Positions 48,633-58,347 of a stretch of DNA of 64,000 bases are shown here, piece by piece. Every line of letters starts with the position of its first letter. Positions within the stretch are counted from its first letter, which is position 1. Origin of the DNA: Candidatus Saccharimonadota bacterium (GTDB lineage: Bacteria > Patescibacteriota > Saccharimonadia > Saccharimonadales > UBA10212); the NCBI GenBank assembly GCA_016187125.1, contig JACPKF010000001.1:169653-233652 (forward strand). The letters run 5' to 3'. Below the pieces are notes generated by a model. That model saw only the letters and a program-made list of their open reading frames with translations, was not told where the DNA came from and did no database searches. The translations under genes and the position numbers were made by a program.

Positions 48633-49313
48633 CTACTTTGATTGGGTTTTTCGCCACTTGTCGATCTCGGCGTGATGGCCAGAAATCAAAACGTCGGGTA
48701 CTTTGAGCCCGCGAAATTCTTCTGGCCGGGTATACTGGGGGTGCTCGATGACACCAGGTTGACTGTGGCTTTCTTTTTCGGCGCTGGTCTCGCCACCCAA
48801 CACTCCAGGAATAAGCCTGGTCACAGCGTCAACAACAATCATGGCCGGCAGCTCGCCACCAGTCAAAACGTAGTCGCCGACCGAAATCTCTTCGTCAATA
48901 AACTGGGTCACGCGTTCATCGTACCCCTCGTACCTACCACAAACTAAAGTTATGTTTTCCAATTTTGATAATTCACGAGCCTTAGTCTGATCAAATTTCT
49001 CACCCCTAGGGGTCATAAGAATAATTCTTGCTTTTTGCTTTTTGCTTTTTGCCTGCCCGCCGTAGCCTTGGCGAAAGCGGGCTTTTTGCTTTGCCGCCTC
49101 AATGGCTGCTACTAGCGGCTCCGGCCGCAAGACCATGCCCGCTCCACCGCCGTAAGGTGTATCATCGACAGTTTTGCGTGATCCTAAGCCAAAATCGCGT
49201 AAATTGATTAGTTTATATTCGACCAATTTTTTATCCTGGGCCTTCCGGAGCATACTGGTATTTAGCACTCCCCCAAACATCTTTGGAAATAAAGTTATTA
49301 TTTGGATTGTCAT
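48633..49313 (-). CDS. trmD: tRNA (m1G37) methyltransferase with an in-frame repeat insertion
   Basis: [17 protein letters not shown] and GDYVLTGGE motifs; insertion [17 protein letters not shown]. Confidence 0.97.
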   Translation of the reverse strand: MTIQIITLFPKMFGGVLNTSMLRKAQDKKLVEYKLINLRDFGLGSRKTVDDTPYGGGAGMVLRPEPLVAAIEAAKQKARFRQGYGGQAKSKKQKARIILMTPRGEKFDQTKARELSKLENITLVCGRYEGYDERVTQFIDEEISVGDYVLTGGELPAMIVVDAVTRLIPGVLGGETSAEKESHSQPGVIEHPQYTRPEEFRGLKVPDVLISGHHAEIDKWRKTQSK

Positions 49314-49318
49314 AGTAT

Positions 49319-49741
49319 TTAACTAGTAGCTCGGACGTATATTAAGACCAAAAGACCTAGGCCCAGTAACACTAATCCTGCAGCCTCGGTTAAAGTTATT
49401 CTTTCTTTAAAAATAAAATAACTGGCAATTGTTGAAAGAAAAATTGAGCCACCAAGTACAATAGGTGTTACTATACCCACCTTATTTACCGAATAGCTCT
49501 TGTTTATAAGTAGAGCAAAGATGCCAATCAAAATACCGGAGGCGGCAGCCATTAATATTCCATATTTTTGACTATGCCAGACTTTCCTTGAAAGACTAGG
49601 AACGACTAGAACTAATGGTATAAAAACTGCAAAAAAATTAGAAACAGCAGTTACCAGGTTAGTGCTAGCGTTTCTCGAAGCAGAGACAACGACCAAAATT
49701 ACAGCAGTGTAAATTAGTGCCGCAAGGATTATATAAATCAT
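49319..49741 (-). CDS. EamA/DMT-like small membrane transporter
   Basis: About five hydrophobic helices; FKERITL motif. Confidence 0.75.
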   Translation of the reverse strand: MIYIILAALIYTAVILVVVSASRNASTNLVTAVSNFFAVFIPLVLVVPSLSRKVWHSQKYGILMAAASGILIGIFALLINKSYSVNKVGIVTPIVLGGSIFLSTIASYFIFKERITLTEAAGLVLLGLGLLVLIYVRATS

Positions 49742-49752
49742 CTGTGAAGGTT

Positions 49753-50376
49753 TTAGACATCCAAATCATCAAGATCGGCTAGTTCCTTGCGAGTGCGGCT
49801 GACGACGTCGGAGTGATCTTCTTTGGGTGCTTCCGGTAATTCTTCATCCTCGCTCATATCAACATCGTCGGCAGCACTTGAAGCCTGGTCCTGCCGGCCG
49901 GCCGGCAGGTCGTCAGCCGGTGTAGAATCATCAGTTGTAGCTGAATCGTCTGCTCGACTTGTTTGGTCATCTGCTGGCACTTTATCGTCTGTTTTTTGCT
50001 TGCCCTCGATCCTGCCCGCCGATGTGCCCGCCGGAGCTTCAGCAGAGGCGGGAGCCTTGGCGAAGGATGAAGCCTCGGCGAAGGCGGGAGCTTCAGCGGG
50101 GGAGGGTTCTCTGTCCTCTCGCGGCGGGCCAGTGTCGATAATTTTCAAGTTGTAGCGAGCATCATTTTTAGTACCTAGTGCCCGTAAAAGCGTCCGGAGA
50201 CTTTGGGCGGTGGCACCACGTTTACCGATTACTCTACCTAAATCTTCTGGGTTTACCCAAAGTTCTAACAAAACGCCTTTTTCATCAATTCGGCGCTCGA
50301 TTTTGACGTCATCCGGATGTCCGACTAAGGATTTAACGATATATTCTATGAATTGCTGGTCAATACTAACTGCCAC
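49753..50376 (-). CDS. khpA: KH-domain RNA-binding protein with a repeat-derived acidic tail
   Basis: DLGRVIGKRG (GxxG); lies between rpsP and trmD. Confidence 0.9.
   Translation of the reverse strand: MAVSIDQQFIEYIVKSLVGHPDDVKIERRIDEKGVLLELWVNPEDLGRVIGKRGATAQSLRTLLRALGTKNDARYNLKIIDTGPPREDREPSPAEAPAFAEASSFAKAPASAEAPAGTSAGRIEGKQKTDDKVPADDQTSRADDSATTDDSTPADDLPAGRQDQASSAADDVDMSEDEELPEAPKEDHSDVVSRTRKELADLDDLDV
50016..50073. repeat. 58-bp element, inverted copy A (inside khpA)
   Basis: CCGCCGATGTGCCCGCCGGAGCTTCAGCAGAGGCGGGAGCCTTGGCGAAGGATGAAGC; exact reverse complement at 50629-50686. Confidence 0.9.
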
Positions 50377-50456
50377 TGCAGGGTCCTCCTTGTTGTTAAG
50401 CGACGTATAAATTTATTATAACAGCCTAGGAGCGAGCTTTCGAGACTCTCCGAGAG

Positions 50457-51164
50457 CTACGCCTTTTGCTCCTCTTTGCCAGCTCCAGGAGACGACTTTT
50501 CAGATGCCGACTCTTCTTTTGAAGCTTTTTCCTTGTGTGAGACTTCGGGCGACGGATCGATCACCTGCACTTGAGCTACCGGCTCTTCGACGACTTCCGT
50601 CTTTACGGAAGTTTCCGCCTCCACAGAAGCTTCATCCTTCGCCAAGGCTCCCGCCTCTGCTGAAGCTCCGGCGGGCACATCGGCGGATAAGTCGGTAGAT
50701 GGGTCAATTTCAGGAGTTTTAACTTCTTCAGCAGCTGTTTCCGTATGGACTGTTTCAGATGCTTCTGCATCGGTTGGCTCTGCTGACTCATCAGTGGGTT
50801 CAGCAGTCTCCGCCTCAGCCTGAGCGGCTGGCTCGGGAGCTTTAGCTCCCGGCGGACGATTACGCCGCAGCTTGTCAGGATTTCTGATGGCCCGTTTTTT
50901 GGGCTCGGCCAGATTAACCCACTTAGGCAGTTTGAGGCCTTCTTTTTTAAGCAGACGCGCCACTCTATCAGACGGTTGAGCGCCCCTGTCCAAATATGAG
51001 CTGATAATGTCCATATGGAGTGAGGCAACTTTAGTGTGAGGATCGTAATCGCCCACGTAAGCTACCACCCGGCCTCCTTTTGGGCTAAAGCGACTATCTT
51101 GAACAATCACTCTAAACTGGGCCTGGCCACTTCGCCCAGTGCGCTGCATACGAATTGCTAACAT
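50457..51164 (-). CDS. rpsP: 30S ribosomal protein S16 with a long acidic extension
   Basis: MLAIRMQRTG...FRVIVQDSR...GAQPSDRV. Confidence 0.95.
   Translation of the reverse strand: MLAIRMQRTGRSGQAQFRVIVQDSRFSPKGGRVVAYVGDYDPHTKVASLHMDIISSYLDRGAQPSDRVARLLKKEGLKLPKWVNLAEPKKRAIRNPDKLRRNRPPGAKAPEPAAQAEAETAEPTDESAEPTDAEASETVHTETAAEEVKTPEIDPSTDLSADVPAGASAEAGALAKDEASVEAETSVKTEVVEEPVAQVQVIDPSPEVSHKEKASKEESASEKSSPGAGKEEQKA
50629..50686. repeat. 58-bp element, inverted copy B (inside rpsP)
   Basis: Reverse complement of 50016-50073. Confidence 0.9.
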
Positions 51165-51332
51165 ATCCCAGTCATTTTACAGATATGCAACAGATTAGTC
51201 AATCTGTAATTCTCAATTTCCAACGAAAAGTTGTGCGGCAACCTCGTTGCTTTACGCAATTTTCAAATGTTTGAGACATTGGTTAATTGAAACTCGATAG
51301 AAAATTGGAAATTGGGGTTTAAAAATTAGTTT

Positions 51333-52031
51333 TTAGTCCTCTTTTGTGTAGATTCTTAGGGCGTTGGAGGCAGCTAAAACCTGGGCAGCTTGCTTGCTCG
51401 GTCCCTCGCCTTTTGCCTTAAGTTGATCATCCACATAAACCCCGATTACAAACATTTTGTCGTGATCCGGTCCTTCCTCGTCCATAACTTTATATATGGG
51501 CGTAAAACCATCCCGACTCTGAACCAGCTCCTGTAAACGAGATTTAGGATCCAGCCAAGCACCACTCTCTAAAATTTCTTTTAGAGATGGCAACAAACTT
51601 TTTTCAATAAAAGCCTTAGCGGCCTCATAGCCTTTCTCCAGATATAAAGCACCAACTACAGCTTCATAGCAGTTAGCCAATATTTGTTGCCGGGCCCGTT
51701 CACTACCCCTTTTTTCTCCGCGACTAAGACGTAGTAATGGTTCGAAGCCTTCACGGGCAGCGGCTGTGCTGATACTTTCGGTTCGCACCAAAGCGCTGCG
51801 CCAGTTAGTCAAAACACCTTCCGGCTCTTCAAAATGACTGTACAAGTACTGTGTTACAATCAGCTCAAGTACCGCATCGCCCAAAAATTCCAGTCGTTCA
51901 TTATGTTCGCTGACCGATTTTTTATGCTCGTTTAAATATGAACGGTGCGTAAAAGCCGTAATTAAAAGTTTAAGATCAGAAAAGTCGCCGAAATGAGTTT
52001 TGGCAAAAGTTTGATATTTAGCAATATCCAT
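51333..52031 (-). CDS. rnc: Ribonuclease III
   Basis: THRSY, NERLEFLGDAVL and dsRBD GPDHDK motifs; start placed at ATG 52031. Confidence 0.97.
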   Translation of the reverse strand: MDIAKYQTFAKTHFGDFSDLKLLITAFTHRSYLNEHKKSVSEHNERLEFLGDAVLELIVTQYLYSHFEEPEGVLTNWRSALVRTESISTAAAREGFEPLLRLSRGEKRGSERARQQILANCYEAVVGALYLEKGYEAAKAFIEKSLLPSLKEILESGAWLDPKSRLQELVQSRDGFTPIYKVMDEEGPDHDKMFVIGVYVDDQLKAKGEGPSKQAAQVLAASNALRIYTKED

Positions 52032-52059
52032 CAGACGCTCCCTTTGGTTGCAGAAACTA

Positions 52060-52190
52060 GTGAAGCGCTCCACGGACTAAAGTCCGTGGCTTCAGGCTTG
52101 CGGCTTTCGGAGCGTGGAACCCCGCACCGAAAGCCAGAACTGGCATTCAGCCCCGAACTAAAGTTCGAGGCTTTCTGGTGCGTGGGTAAA
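52060..52190. mobile_element. Non-autonomous IS200/IS605-like (REP/PATE-type) miniature element
   Basis: Subterminal hairpins CCACGGACTAAAGTCCGTGG and AGCCCCGAACTAAAGTTCGAGGCT flank a central GGCTTTCGG/CCGAAAGCC stem. Confidence 0.7.
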
Positions 52191-52260
52191 TAGTAACTAG
52201 GAATTAGTCCTCTTGCTATTTGCTGATTGCTGATTGCTGATTGCTTAATGCGCAGCATTT

Positions 52261-52764
52261 TCATAGTCCTTGGTCCCTGATCTTCTTTAAGCCTAGCAGA
52301 ATAAGTTTACTAATGTCTTCATATTCAATTTTATCAAGAGCATCGTTGGCCGGCATCCAAGCCAAGCTAGTCATCCATTTTTCCGGTTTTACTTCCGAGC
52401 TGTCACCAAAGGCCTTCACTAAAAATATCTCAGTCGTCATCAGAACCAGACTATTGTTACGCCTGTAACGGAAGTTAATTTTGCCCAGCCAATCCCCTAC
52501 CTTCATTTTTTTTAGTCCGGTTTCCTCGGTAATTTCGCGGGCGGCGGCTGCACGAGGTGACTCGCCTTCCTCAATATGGCCCTTGGGTATCGTCCAGCGT
52601 CCTTTTGAATCTTGAATTAGCAGTATTTCAATTTTTTCAGGCTGATCTGCCAATCGGCGGAATATTACGCCGCCGGCCGTCGGTTCTCGAACTACTTCTT
52701 CAATAACTGGCCGCCGGCGACTAACAAACTTCTTTATGCCAGCCAGGGGTTTTGGCCGCCTCAT
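52261..52764 (-). CDS. NUDIX hydrolase
   Basis: Nudix box PKGHIEEGESPRAAAAREITEETG. Confidence 0.93.
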   Translation of the reverse strand: MRRPKPLAGIKKFVSRRRPVIEEVVREPTAGGVIFRRLADQPEKIEILLIQDSKGRWTIPKGHIEEGESPRAAAAREITEETGLKKMKVGDWLGKINFRYRRNNSLVLMTTEIFLVKAFGDSSEVKPEKWMTSLAWMPANDALDKIEYEDISKLILLGLKKIRDQGL

Positions 52765-52818
52765 GGTCGCTTCGCTCCAGTGGGTAGTCGATGGTGAATA
52801 GTCGGTAGAAGAATCATT

Positions 52819-53406
52819 CTATTTAATCCTCTTAGTGGTGGCTTTTTTAATTTTTTTAGACTTGTGACTAGCGACTTTCTTGCCCTGAGCTTGTCGCCCT
52901 TCGAGTATCCTCAGGGCGACCCTGAGTTTTAGTCGAACGGGTCGAACGGGTGACTTGCGACCTGCTAATTTGTCGGCTTCGGCTTCTTTATGGCGCAAAA
53001 CCGTTCCCAGAACGCCGTTAATAAATTTAGAAGAGTTGTCACCTCCAAAAGCCTTGGCTAGTTCTACAGCTTCGTTGATAGCCACTTTAGGCGGCACTTC
53101 GGTTGCAAACAGAAGTTCATAAACGCCGATCCGCAGCACTGTTCGGTCCATACGAGCAATCTGTTCAATTGGCCATTCCGGGGCTACCGGCTGAATTAAT
53201 CTATCTATGGCATTCCTGTGCTTACTTACTCCATAAACTATTTTTTTTATAAATTCTTTATCGTCGATCGTTTCTTTATAACGATCAATGTTCCGGTCAA
53301 GAACAACCTTAAGACTAAAGGCTTTATCTTTGCACTCCTGGCGAAAATCCTGCTCATATAGAGTCTGCAGGGCTATTATTCTTCCTAGGTGGCGGTTAGC
53401 GCTCAT
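52819..53406 (-). CDS. nusB: Transcription antitermination factor NusB with a repeat-derived C-terminal tail
   Basis: RIIALQTLYE, VAINEAVELAK and FINGVLG motifs. Confidence 0.96.
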   Translation of the reverse strand: MSANRHLGRIIALQTLYEQDFRQECKDKAFSLKVVLDRNIDRYKETIDDKEFIKKIVYGVSKHRNAIDRLIQPVAPEWPIEQIARMDRTVLRIGVYELLFATEVPPKVAINEAVELAKAFGGDNSSKFINGVLGTVLRHKEAEADKLAGRKSPVRPVRLKLRVALRILEGRQAQGKKVASHKSKKIKKATTKRIK

Positions 53407-53449
53407 TTTATGATTTAAGGTTCCTTACTTAGCTTTGTAAAATGAGTCT

Positions 53450-53605
53450 TCAGGCTTTCTTAGCGGCAGCTTTGCTAAGACGACTCTTGCCTAACATGAC
53501 TTTAACTGGGCTTTTGGCGTTGACGGCTCTAGCCAAATTAGTCACTAGATGACTGCGGCGCATGCCGGTGCGACGCGAACTAGTCCGTTTTTTGGGCTTG
53601 CCCAT
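53450..53605 (-). CDS. rpmF: 50S ribosomal protein L32 (missing from the ORF track)
   Basis: MGKPKKRTSSRRTGMRRSHLVTNLARAVNAKSPVKV..., 51 aa, upstream of nusB. Confidence 0.88.
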   Translation of the reverse strand: MGKPKKRTSSRRTGMRRSHLVTNLARAVNAKSPVKVMLGKSRLSKAAAKKA

Positions 53606-53733
53606 ACTAATAGAACTCCTATTTTATTACCAAATTCTTTACTTCCATTATACCATCAGTAGCCTAATCTGTTAGTGGTTTAGAAGACCGGCGTTGACTT
53701 AACCATCAGACGAGTATACAGTATGTCTGTAGT

Positions 53734-54177
53734 ATGACCAGTGGGTGTCCCGGCGAGGAGTTATCTGACCCGGATTCCAAGGAACCAATGATCCAGCCTG
53801 ACGGTATGCCCTGGAGAAGAATTATTGCTATTTCAGCAGTATTTGCGGCTTTGGTGGGGACTACGCTATCCATCGTCCGTGATACTTTCCCGAGACAAAT
53901 CGGGCTTGTCGAATGCCGGAACTGACAAGAACGTCCGGCTTTTGGTACTTTAGGCAGGATCGCCCTGCAAATCAAACAAGCAAGTAACGGCAGAGTTGAC
54001 GCCGGCCTCCTGACAAGGAAAATTGCTGACAGAAATAGCCTGCCCCCAAACACCAGGCAAATGTATTCAGGTCAATCGCTACTAGTGCCAGATATTTGCA
54101 ACCCAGAGGACTATTCTGCAAGACTCCCCGGTAATCTCGCCAGGCCAATGCTAGAACTTTTCAAACTACTAGGCTAA
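53734..54177 (+). pseudogene. Membrane-anchored LysM-like protein with an in-frame TGA at 53923-53925
   Basis: TM helix, then after the TGA: TLGRIA...IADRNSL...MYSGQSLLVPD (LysM-like). Confidence 0.55.
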
Positions 54178-56710
54178 CTAACCTACCCTGAACATAAATA
54201 GCTTTTTTTATTTTTTTACCCGCCAGATTTTTTGCGACTTTTTCGTTATTTTTGGCAGTTTCAATTGCCTCTTCTTCGCTAATATCCGCTGTCACGACAA
54301 TTTCACCACGAACTTTCCCATTAACCTGCACGGCCAAAGTTATAAATTCTTCAGACACAAGTTGCGCATCCCATTGAGGCCAGGGACTTATATGGACCGA
54401 TGCTTTATGACCAAGCTCAGCCCAAAGCTCCTCGGCAATGTGCGGCGCAAACGGCGCCAATAGCTGCACCAGATTTTCCAGTTCAGTTTTCCAAGTCTTG
54501 TAAGCTAACTCAAAGTTACTTGCCCCGAGCTTAGTCGAGGGGTGTTTACCTTTAATCTTATAAAGCTCATTAACACACTCCATTAAAGCCGCGATAGCTG
54601 TATTAAAACTTAATTCTTCCAGGTCCTGGCTGACTTTTTTAATGGTTTTGTGAACCGTCCGGGCAATTTGAACCTCCAATTCCGCATTATGCCCCATGCC
54701 TTGATCTTTGATCTTTGATCTTTGATCTTTGGTTTCATCTAGATATTCCTGGACGATTGTCCAAACCCGCTGTAAAAATCGGAAGGTCCCACCCAGGCCC
54801 TCAACATTCCAAGCAGCCGCTTGATTCCACGGTCCGATAAATAACTCCATCAAACGGATAGAATCGGCACCGTAACCTTGCTTGATCAGCTGATCCGGCT
54901 CGATAGTATTATTCCAGCTCTTGCTCATTTTTTTACCATCAGGCGCTAAGATCATGCCCTGGTTGCGCAGGGTAATGAACGGTTCGTCAAAGTCAATCAA
55001 TTTTTCGTCAAACATAACTTTTGTCCAAAAACGGGCATAAAGAAGATGCATTACGGCGTGTTCGGCGCCGCCGATGTAATCATCTACGGGCAGCCAAAAA
55101 TCTACTTTGGCTTTATCAAAAGGCATATTTGCATTATGCGGATCGGCGAAGCGCAAAAAATACCAACTACTGCAAGCAAAACCGTCCATGGTGTCGGTTT
55201 CGCGCTGAGCATCAGCACCACATTTGGGACATTTGACGTTTACAAACTCCGGTACATTAGCCAACGGGCTGTGGCCATCGCCGCTTGGTTCGTAACTTTT
55301 TACTTCGGGCAAAACTACCGGTAGCTGATCTTCTGGCACCGGCACTGCCCCGTCTTTTGGACAGTGAATGATTGGAATCGGAGCACCCCAATAACGCTGC
55401 CGGCTTATTAACCAATCTCTAAGATGGTAGCTCTTGGTGCGTTTGCCCATGTTTTTCTTTTCCATTAGGTCTCTCATTTTTTCTATCGCGTCTGTAATTT
55501 CTAGACCATCAAGAGGACCTGAATTGATCATTCTGCCAGCCGTTTCTTGCACTTGTTCCGGCTCGGTGATTGGTGAGATATCTCCATCGGGCCCAACTAC
55601 AACGCGCTCAATCGGAATGTCGAATTGCTTAGCAAATTCAAAGTCGCGCATATCATGTCCTGGTACCCCAACAACTGCCCCCGTCCCGAAGCCAGCCAGT
55701 ACAAAGTCGGACACCCAGACTGGAAGATCTTTATCATTCAGTGGGTTTTTAACATACAGCCCCGTAAATACCCCTGTCTTTAGTCGGCCTTCTTCTTGTC
55801 TTTCAATCTCACTTTTTATTAATGTTTTTTGAACATACTGTTCAACTGCCTGCCAATGTGATGGACCAGAATTTGGTATGATTTCCTGGCTGATAACCTT
55901 TTGCACAAGCTGATGTTCCGGTGCCAGCACAACAAAAGTCGCCCCAAAATTAGTATCGGGACGGCCGGTAAATATAGTAATTTCTTGCTGGGTTTTAGCG
56001 TTCGTAGTTTTGTAAGTAACGTTTATGCCTTCTTTGCGACCTACCCAGTTACGCTGCATAGCTTTGATAGCCTCGGACCAATTAACATTGTCTAGATCAT
56101 CAGCTAGCCTATCGGCATAGTCGGTGATTTTGAAAAACCATTGTTTTAAGGCTTTCTTTTCGACTAAGTTGCCGCAGCGCCAGCAGCGACCGTTTTCAAC
56201 TTGTTCGTTAGCTAGAACTGTTTTATCAAACGGGCACCACCACTGGAGACTTTCTTGCTGATAGGCTAGTCCTCTCTCAAAAAGCATAAGGAAGAACCAC
56301 TGAGTCCATTTGTAATAAGCCGGATCAGTGCTATTTATTTCACGTGGCCAGTCATAAGAAAACCCCATTTGCATTAGCTGAGCTTTAAAGTTCTCGACAT
56401 TTTTAGTCACTGCTTGTTGTGGGCTGATGCCAGTTTTGATAGCATAATTTTCGGCCGGCAGACCAAAGGCGTCCCAGCCCATAGGGTGCAGCACATTCAT
56501 ACCGTTCATCCGGCTATAGCGAGCAACGGCATCTCCGATGGTGTAGTTACGCACATGGCCAACATGCATAGCCGCGCCACTAGGATATGGGAAATATTCT
56601 AAAACGTAACGTTTTAGTTTAGATTTATCTTCTGTGGCTTGATAGATCTTAGACTTTTCCCAAATTTTTTGCCACTTGGGCTCGATTTCCTTCGGATTGT
56701 AGCGTCTCAT
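54161..56710 (-). CDS. leuS: Leucine--tRNA ligase
   Basis: FPYPSG-HVGH, DWLISRQRYWG and KMSKS motifs. Confidence 0.98.
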   Translation of the reverse strand: MRRYNPKEIEPKWQKIWEKSKIYQATEDKSKLKRYVLEYFPYPSGAAMHVGHVRNYTIGDAVARYSRMNGMNVLHPMGWDAFGLPAENYAIKTGISPQQAVTKNVENFKAQLMQMGFSYDWPREINSTDPAYYKWTQWFFLMLFERGLAYQQESLQWWCPFDKTVLANEQVENGRCWRCGNLVEKKALKQWFFKITDYADRLADDLDNVNWSEAIKAMQRNWVGRKEGINVTYKTTNAKTQQEITIFTGRPDTNFGATFVVLAPEHQLVQKVISQEIIPNSGPSHWQAVEQYVQKTLIKSEIERQEEGRLKTGVFTGLYVKNPLNDKDLPVWVSDFVLAGFGTGAVVGVPGHDMRDFEFAKQFDIPIERVVVGPDGDISPITEPEQVQETAGRMINSGPLDGLEITDAIEKMRDLMEKKNMGKRTKSYHLRDWLISRQRYWGAPIPIIHCPKDGAVPVPEDQLPVVLPEVKSYEPSGDGHSPLANVPEFVNVKCPKCGADAQRETDTMDGFACSSWYFLRFADPHNANMPFDKAKVDFWLPVDDYIGGAEHAVMHLLYARFWTKVMFDEKLIDFDEPFITLRNQGMILAPDGKKMSKSWNNTIEPDQLIKQGYGADSIRLMELFIGPWNQAAAWNVEGLGGTFRFLQRVWTIVQEYLDETKDQRSKIKDQGMGHNAELEVQIARTVHKTIKKVSQDLEELSFNTAIAALMECVNELYKIKGKHPSTKLGASNFELAYKTWKTELENLVQLLAPFAPHIAEELWAELGHKASVHISPWPQWDAQLVSEEFITLAVQVNGKVRGEIVVTADISEEEAIETAKNNEKVAKNLAGKKIKKAIYVQGRLVSLVV

Positions 56711-56795
56711 CCTTACATCTATTTTAACAGGTATAGTAATCCATTAATGTATGACTTGATAAATAATATGTAGTCTTCCATTTTTTTAATTTGGC

Positions 56796-57119
56796 TTAAC
56801 TTCTAATTCTAGCCAGTACTTGTACAATATCGCTTCGCGTTAGGGGACAATCACCGGCTGCAGCGTCTGAAGAACAAGCTGTACAATTTGCCACCAGATC
56901 AATTATTGCCCGGCCTCGATCAGCCATTTCTTTGGCTGATAATGCGCTCACTCTCCTTCTAATACCTTCTTTTGTGCTAAAAATAGTATTACCTTGTCGA
57001 TCCATCACGACTGTACCAGCCTCTATGGTCTTAATGAACGGTGCCACGGAGCTGGCATCGGGTACGAGTCGTGGACAACCCGCTTTAGGACCCACAAATT
57101 CTCGTTTAACTTCCGACAT
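56796..57119 (-). CDS. Small Cys-containing hypothetical protein
   Basis: 107 aa with an AAGGAG SD; GCP...CTAC...CP. Confidence 0.65.
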   Translation of the reverse strand: MSEVKREFVGPKAGCPRLVPDASSVAPFIKTIEAGTVVMDRQGNTIFSTKEGIRRRVSALSAKEMADRGRAIIDLVANCTACSSDAAAGDCPLTRSDIVQVLARIRS

Positions 57120-57160
57120 TTATATCTAGTCTCCTTTCAAATTATCTTCTTGTTGAACAT

Positions 57161-57189
57161 TAAAAGAGCCCTTTTTGACGAGGGCTCTT
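57161..57189 (-). terminator. Intrinsic terminator in a leader region
   Basis: Minus strand AAGAGCCCT-CGTCAAAA-AGGGCTCTT followed by TTAAT. Confidence 0.8.
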
Positions 57190-57210
57190 GGTTTTGAAAA
57201 ATTAAATCAG

Positions 57211-57276
57211 CTACAAGCAGAGCTCTCGCCAGGACGGCAATGTAAGGAGCTGCCAACTATCAACCAAATTTCGCAT
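57211..57276 (-). CDS. Putative leader peptide MRNLVDSWQLLTLPSWRELCL
   Basis: Short ORF (6 Leu, 2 Trp) ending 21 nt before the terminator stem; TGnTAGTAT lies upstream. Confidence 0.55.
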   Translation of the reverse strand: MRNLVDSWQLLTLPSWRELCL

Positions 57277-57375
57277 ATTAGGTGATACTAACATATCATT
57301 TATAAATACAGCAAATTAGCGGTATTATACCGAAGGCTAAAACTGTTTCACTCTGTTATACTCAAGCTTAAGAAA

Positions 57376-58347
57376 ATGAGTGAGCATAAAGAGTTCTTAT
57401 TGTCTGTAGTTGTGCCCGTTTATAACGAGAGCGCTGGACTGCTGGAGTTTCATAAATCGCTGCTGAAGCAGATAGAAAAAGTCGCTAAAAACGGCTATGA
57501 AATAATTTACTGCGACGATGGCAGCAGCGATGAGACCGCCAAGATTGTTCGTGAGCTTCATAAAGATAATCCCAAAATCAAGCTCATTAGATTGTCGCGC
57601 AATTTTGGTAAAGAAAGCGCTCTTTCCGCCGGAATCCATGCCGCAACTGGTGATGCAATTTTGATGATCGATGGTGACGGACAATACCCAGTTGAATTAA
57701 TTCCAGATTTTATTGCCAAGTGGCAAACTGGCTCCGATGTTGTAGTAGGCATTAGATCTAGTAACAAAGGCGAAGGTTGGTTTAAAAAAATTGGTTCCCA
57801 TTATTTTTATAAGTTATTTAACCGACTGACCGGCGAAAAACTAATCCCCAGGTCAACTGATTTTCGCTTGATTGATCGTAATGTTCAAGAAGCCTTTATT
57901 ACCCTTGGTGAGACCGACCGAATGACCAGAGTACTAATTGATTGGCTGGGGTTTAGTAGAAGTTTTATAGATTTTGAAGCCAATGCCAGAAGCAGCGGAC
58001 CGGCTGGCTATAATCGTCGCAAATTAGTTAAACTTGCCACACACAGCTTTGTTTCTATGACACCTGTGCCTCTTTTTTTGTTTGGTTATCTTGGCGTTTT
58101 TATAACGGCAGGCGCTTTGCTGTTGGGTGGATCGGTGTTGATTGAGCAGATTTTACTTGACGATCCCTGGCACTGGAAGTTCACCGGTACGGCTATGATC
58201 GGCATCCTGCTGCTATTTTTAGTCGGCATCGTTTTAATGGCCCAGGGTATGCTGTCGCTTTATATCTCACATATCCATAGCCAAGCTAAACAACGACCGT
58301 TATACGTAATTGACTATGAAAATTCAGCAGGCATCAGAAAAGTTTAA
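57376..58347 (+). CDS. GT2 polyprenol-phosphate glycosyltransferase (GtrB-like)
   Basis: VVPVYNE, DDGSSD, SRNFGKE and DGDGQ motifs; two C-terminal TMs. Confidence 0.93.
   Translation: MSEHKEFLLSVVVPVYNESAGLLEFHKSLLKQIEKVAKNGYEIIYCDDGSSDETAKIVRELHKDNPKIKLIRLSRNFGKESALSAGIHAATGDAILMIDGDGQYPVELIPDFIAKWQTGSDVVVGIRSSNKGEGWFKKIGSHYFYKLFNRLTGEKLIPRSTDFRLIDRNVQEAFITLGETDRMTRVLIDWLGFSRSFIDFEANARSSGPAGYNRRKLVKLATHSFVSMTPVPLFLFGYLGVFITAGALLLGGSVLIEQILLDDPWHWKFTGTAMIGILLLFLVGIVLMAQGMLSLYISHIHSQAKQRPLYVIDYENSAGIRKV

Noticed and set aside
49823-51028. Alternative-frame ORFs over khpA and rpsP, and other short antisense ORFs in the track
   Set aside because: They are shadows of well-supported genes; their shared peptides come from the 58-bp repeat.
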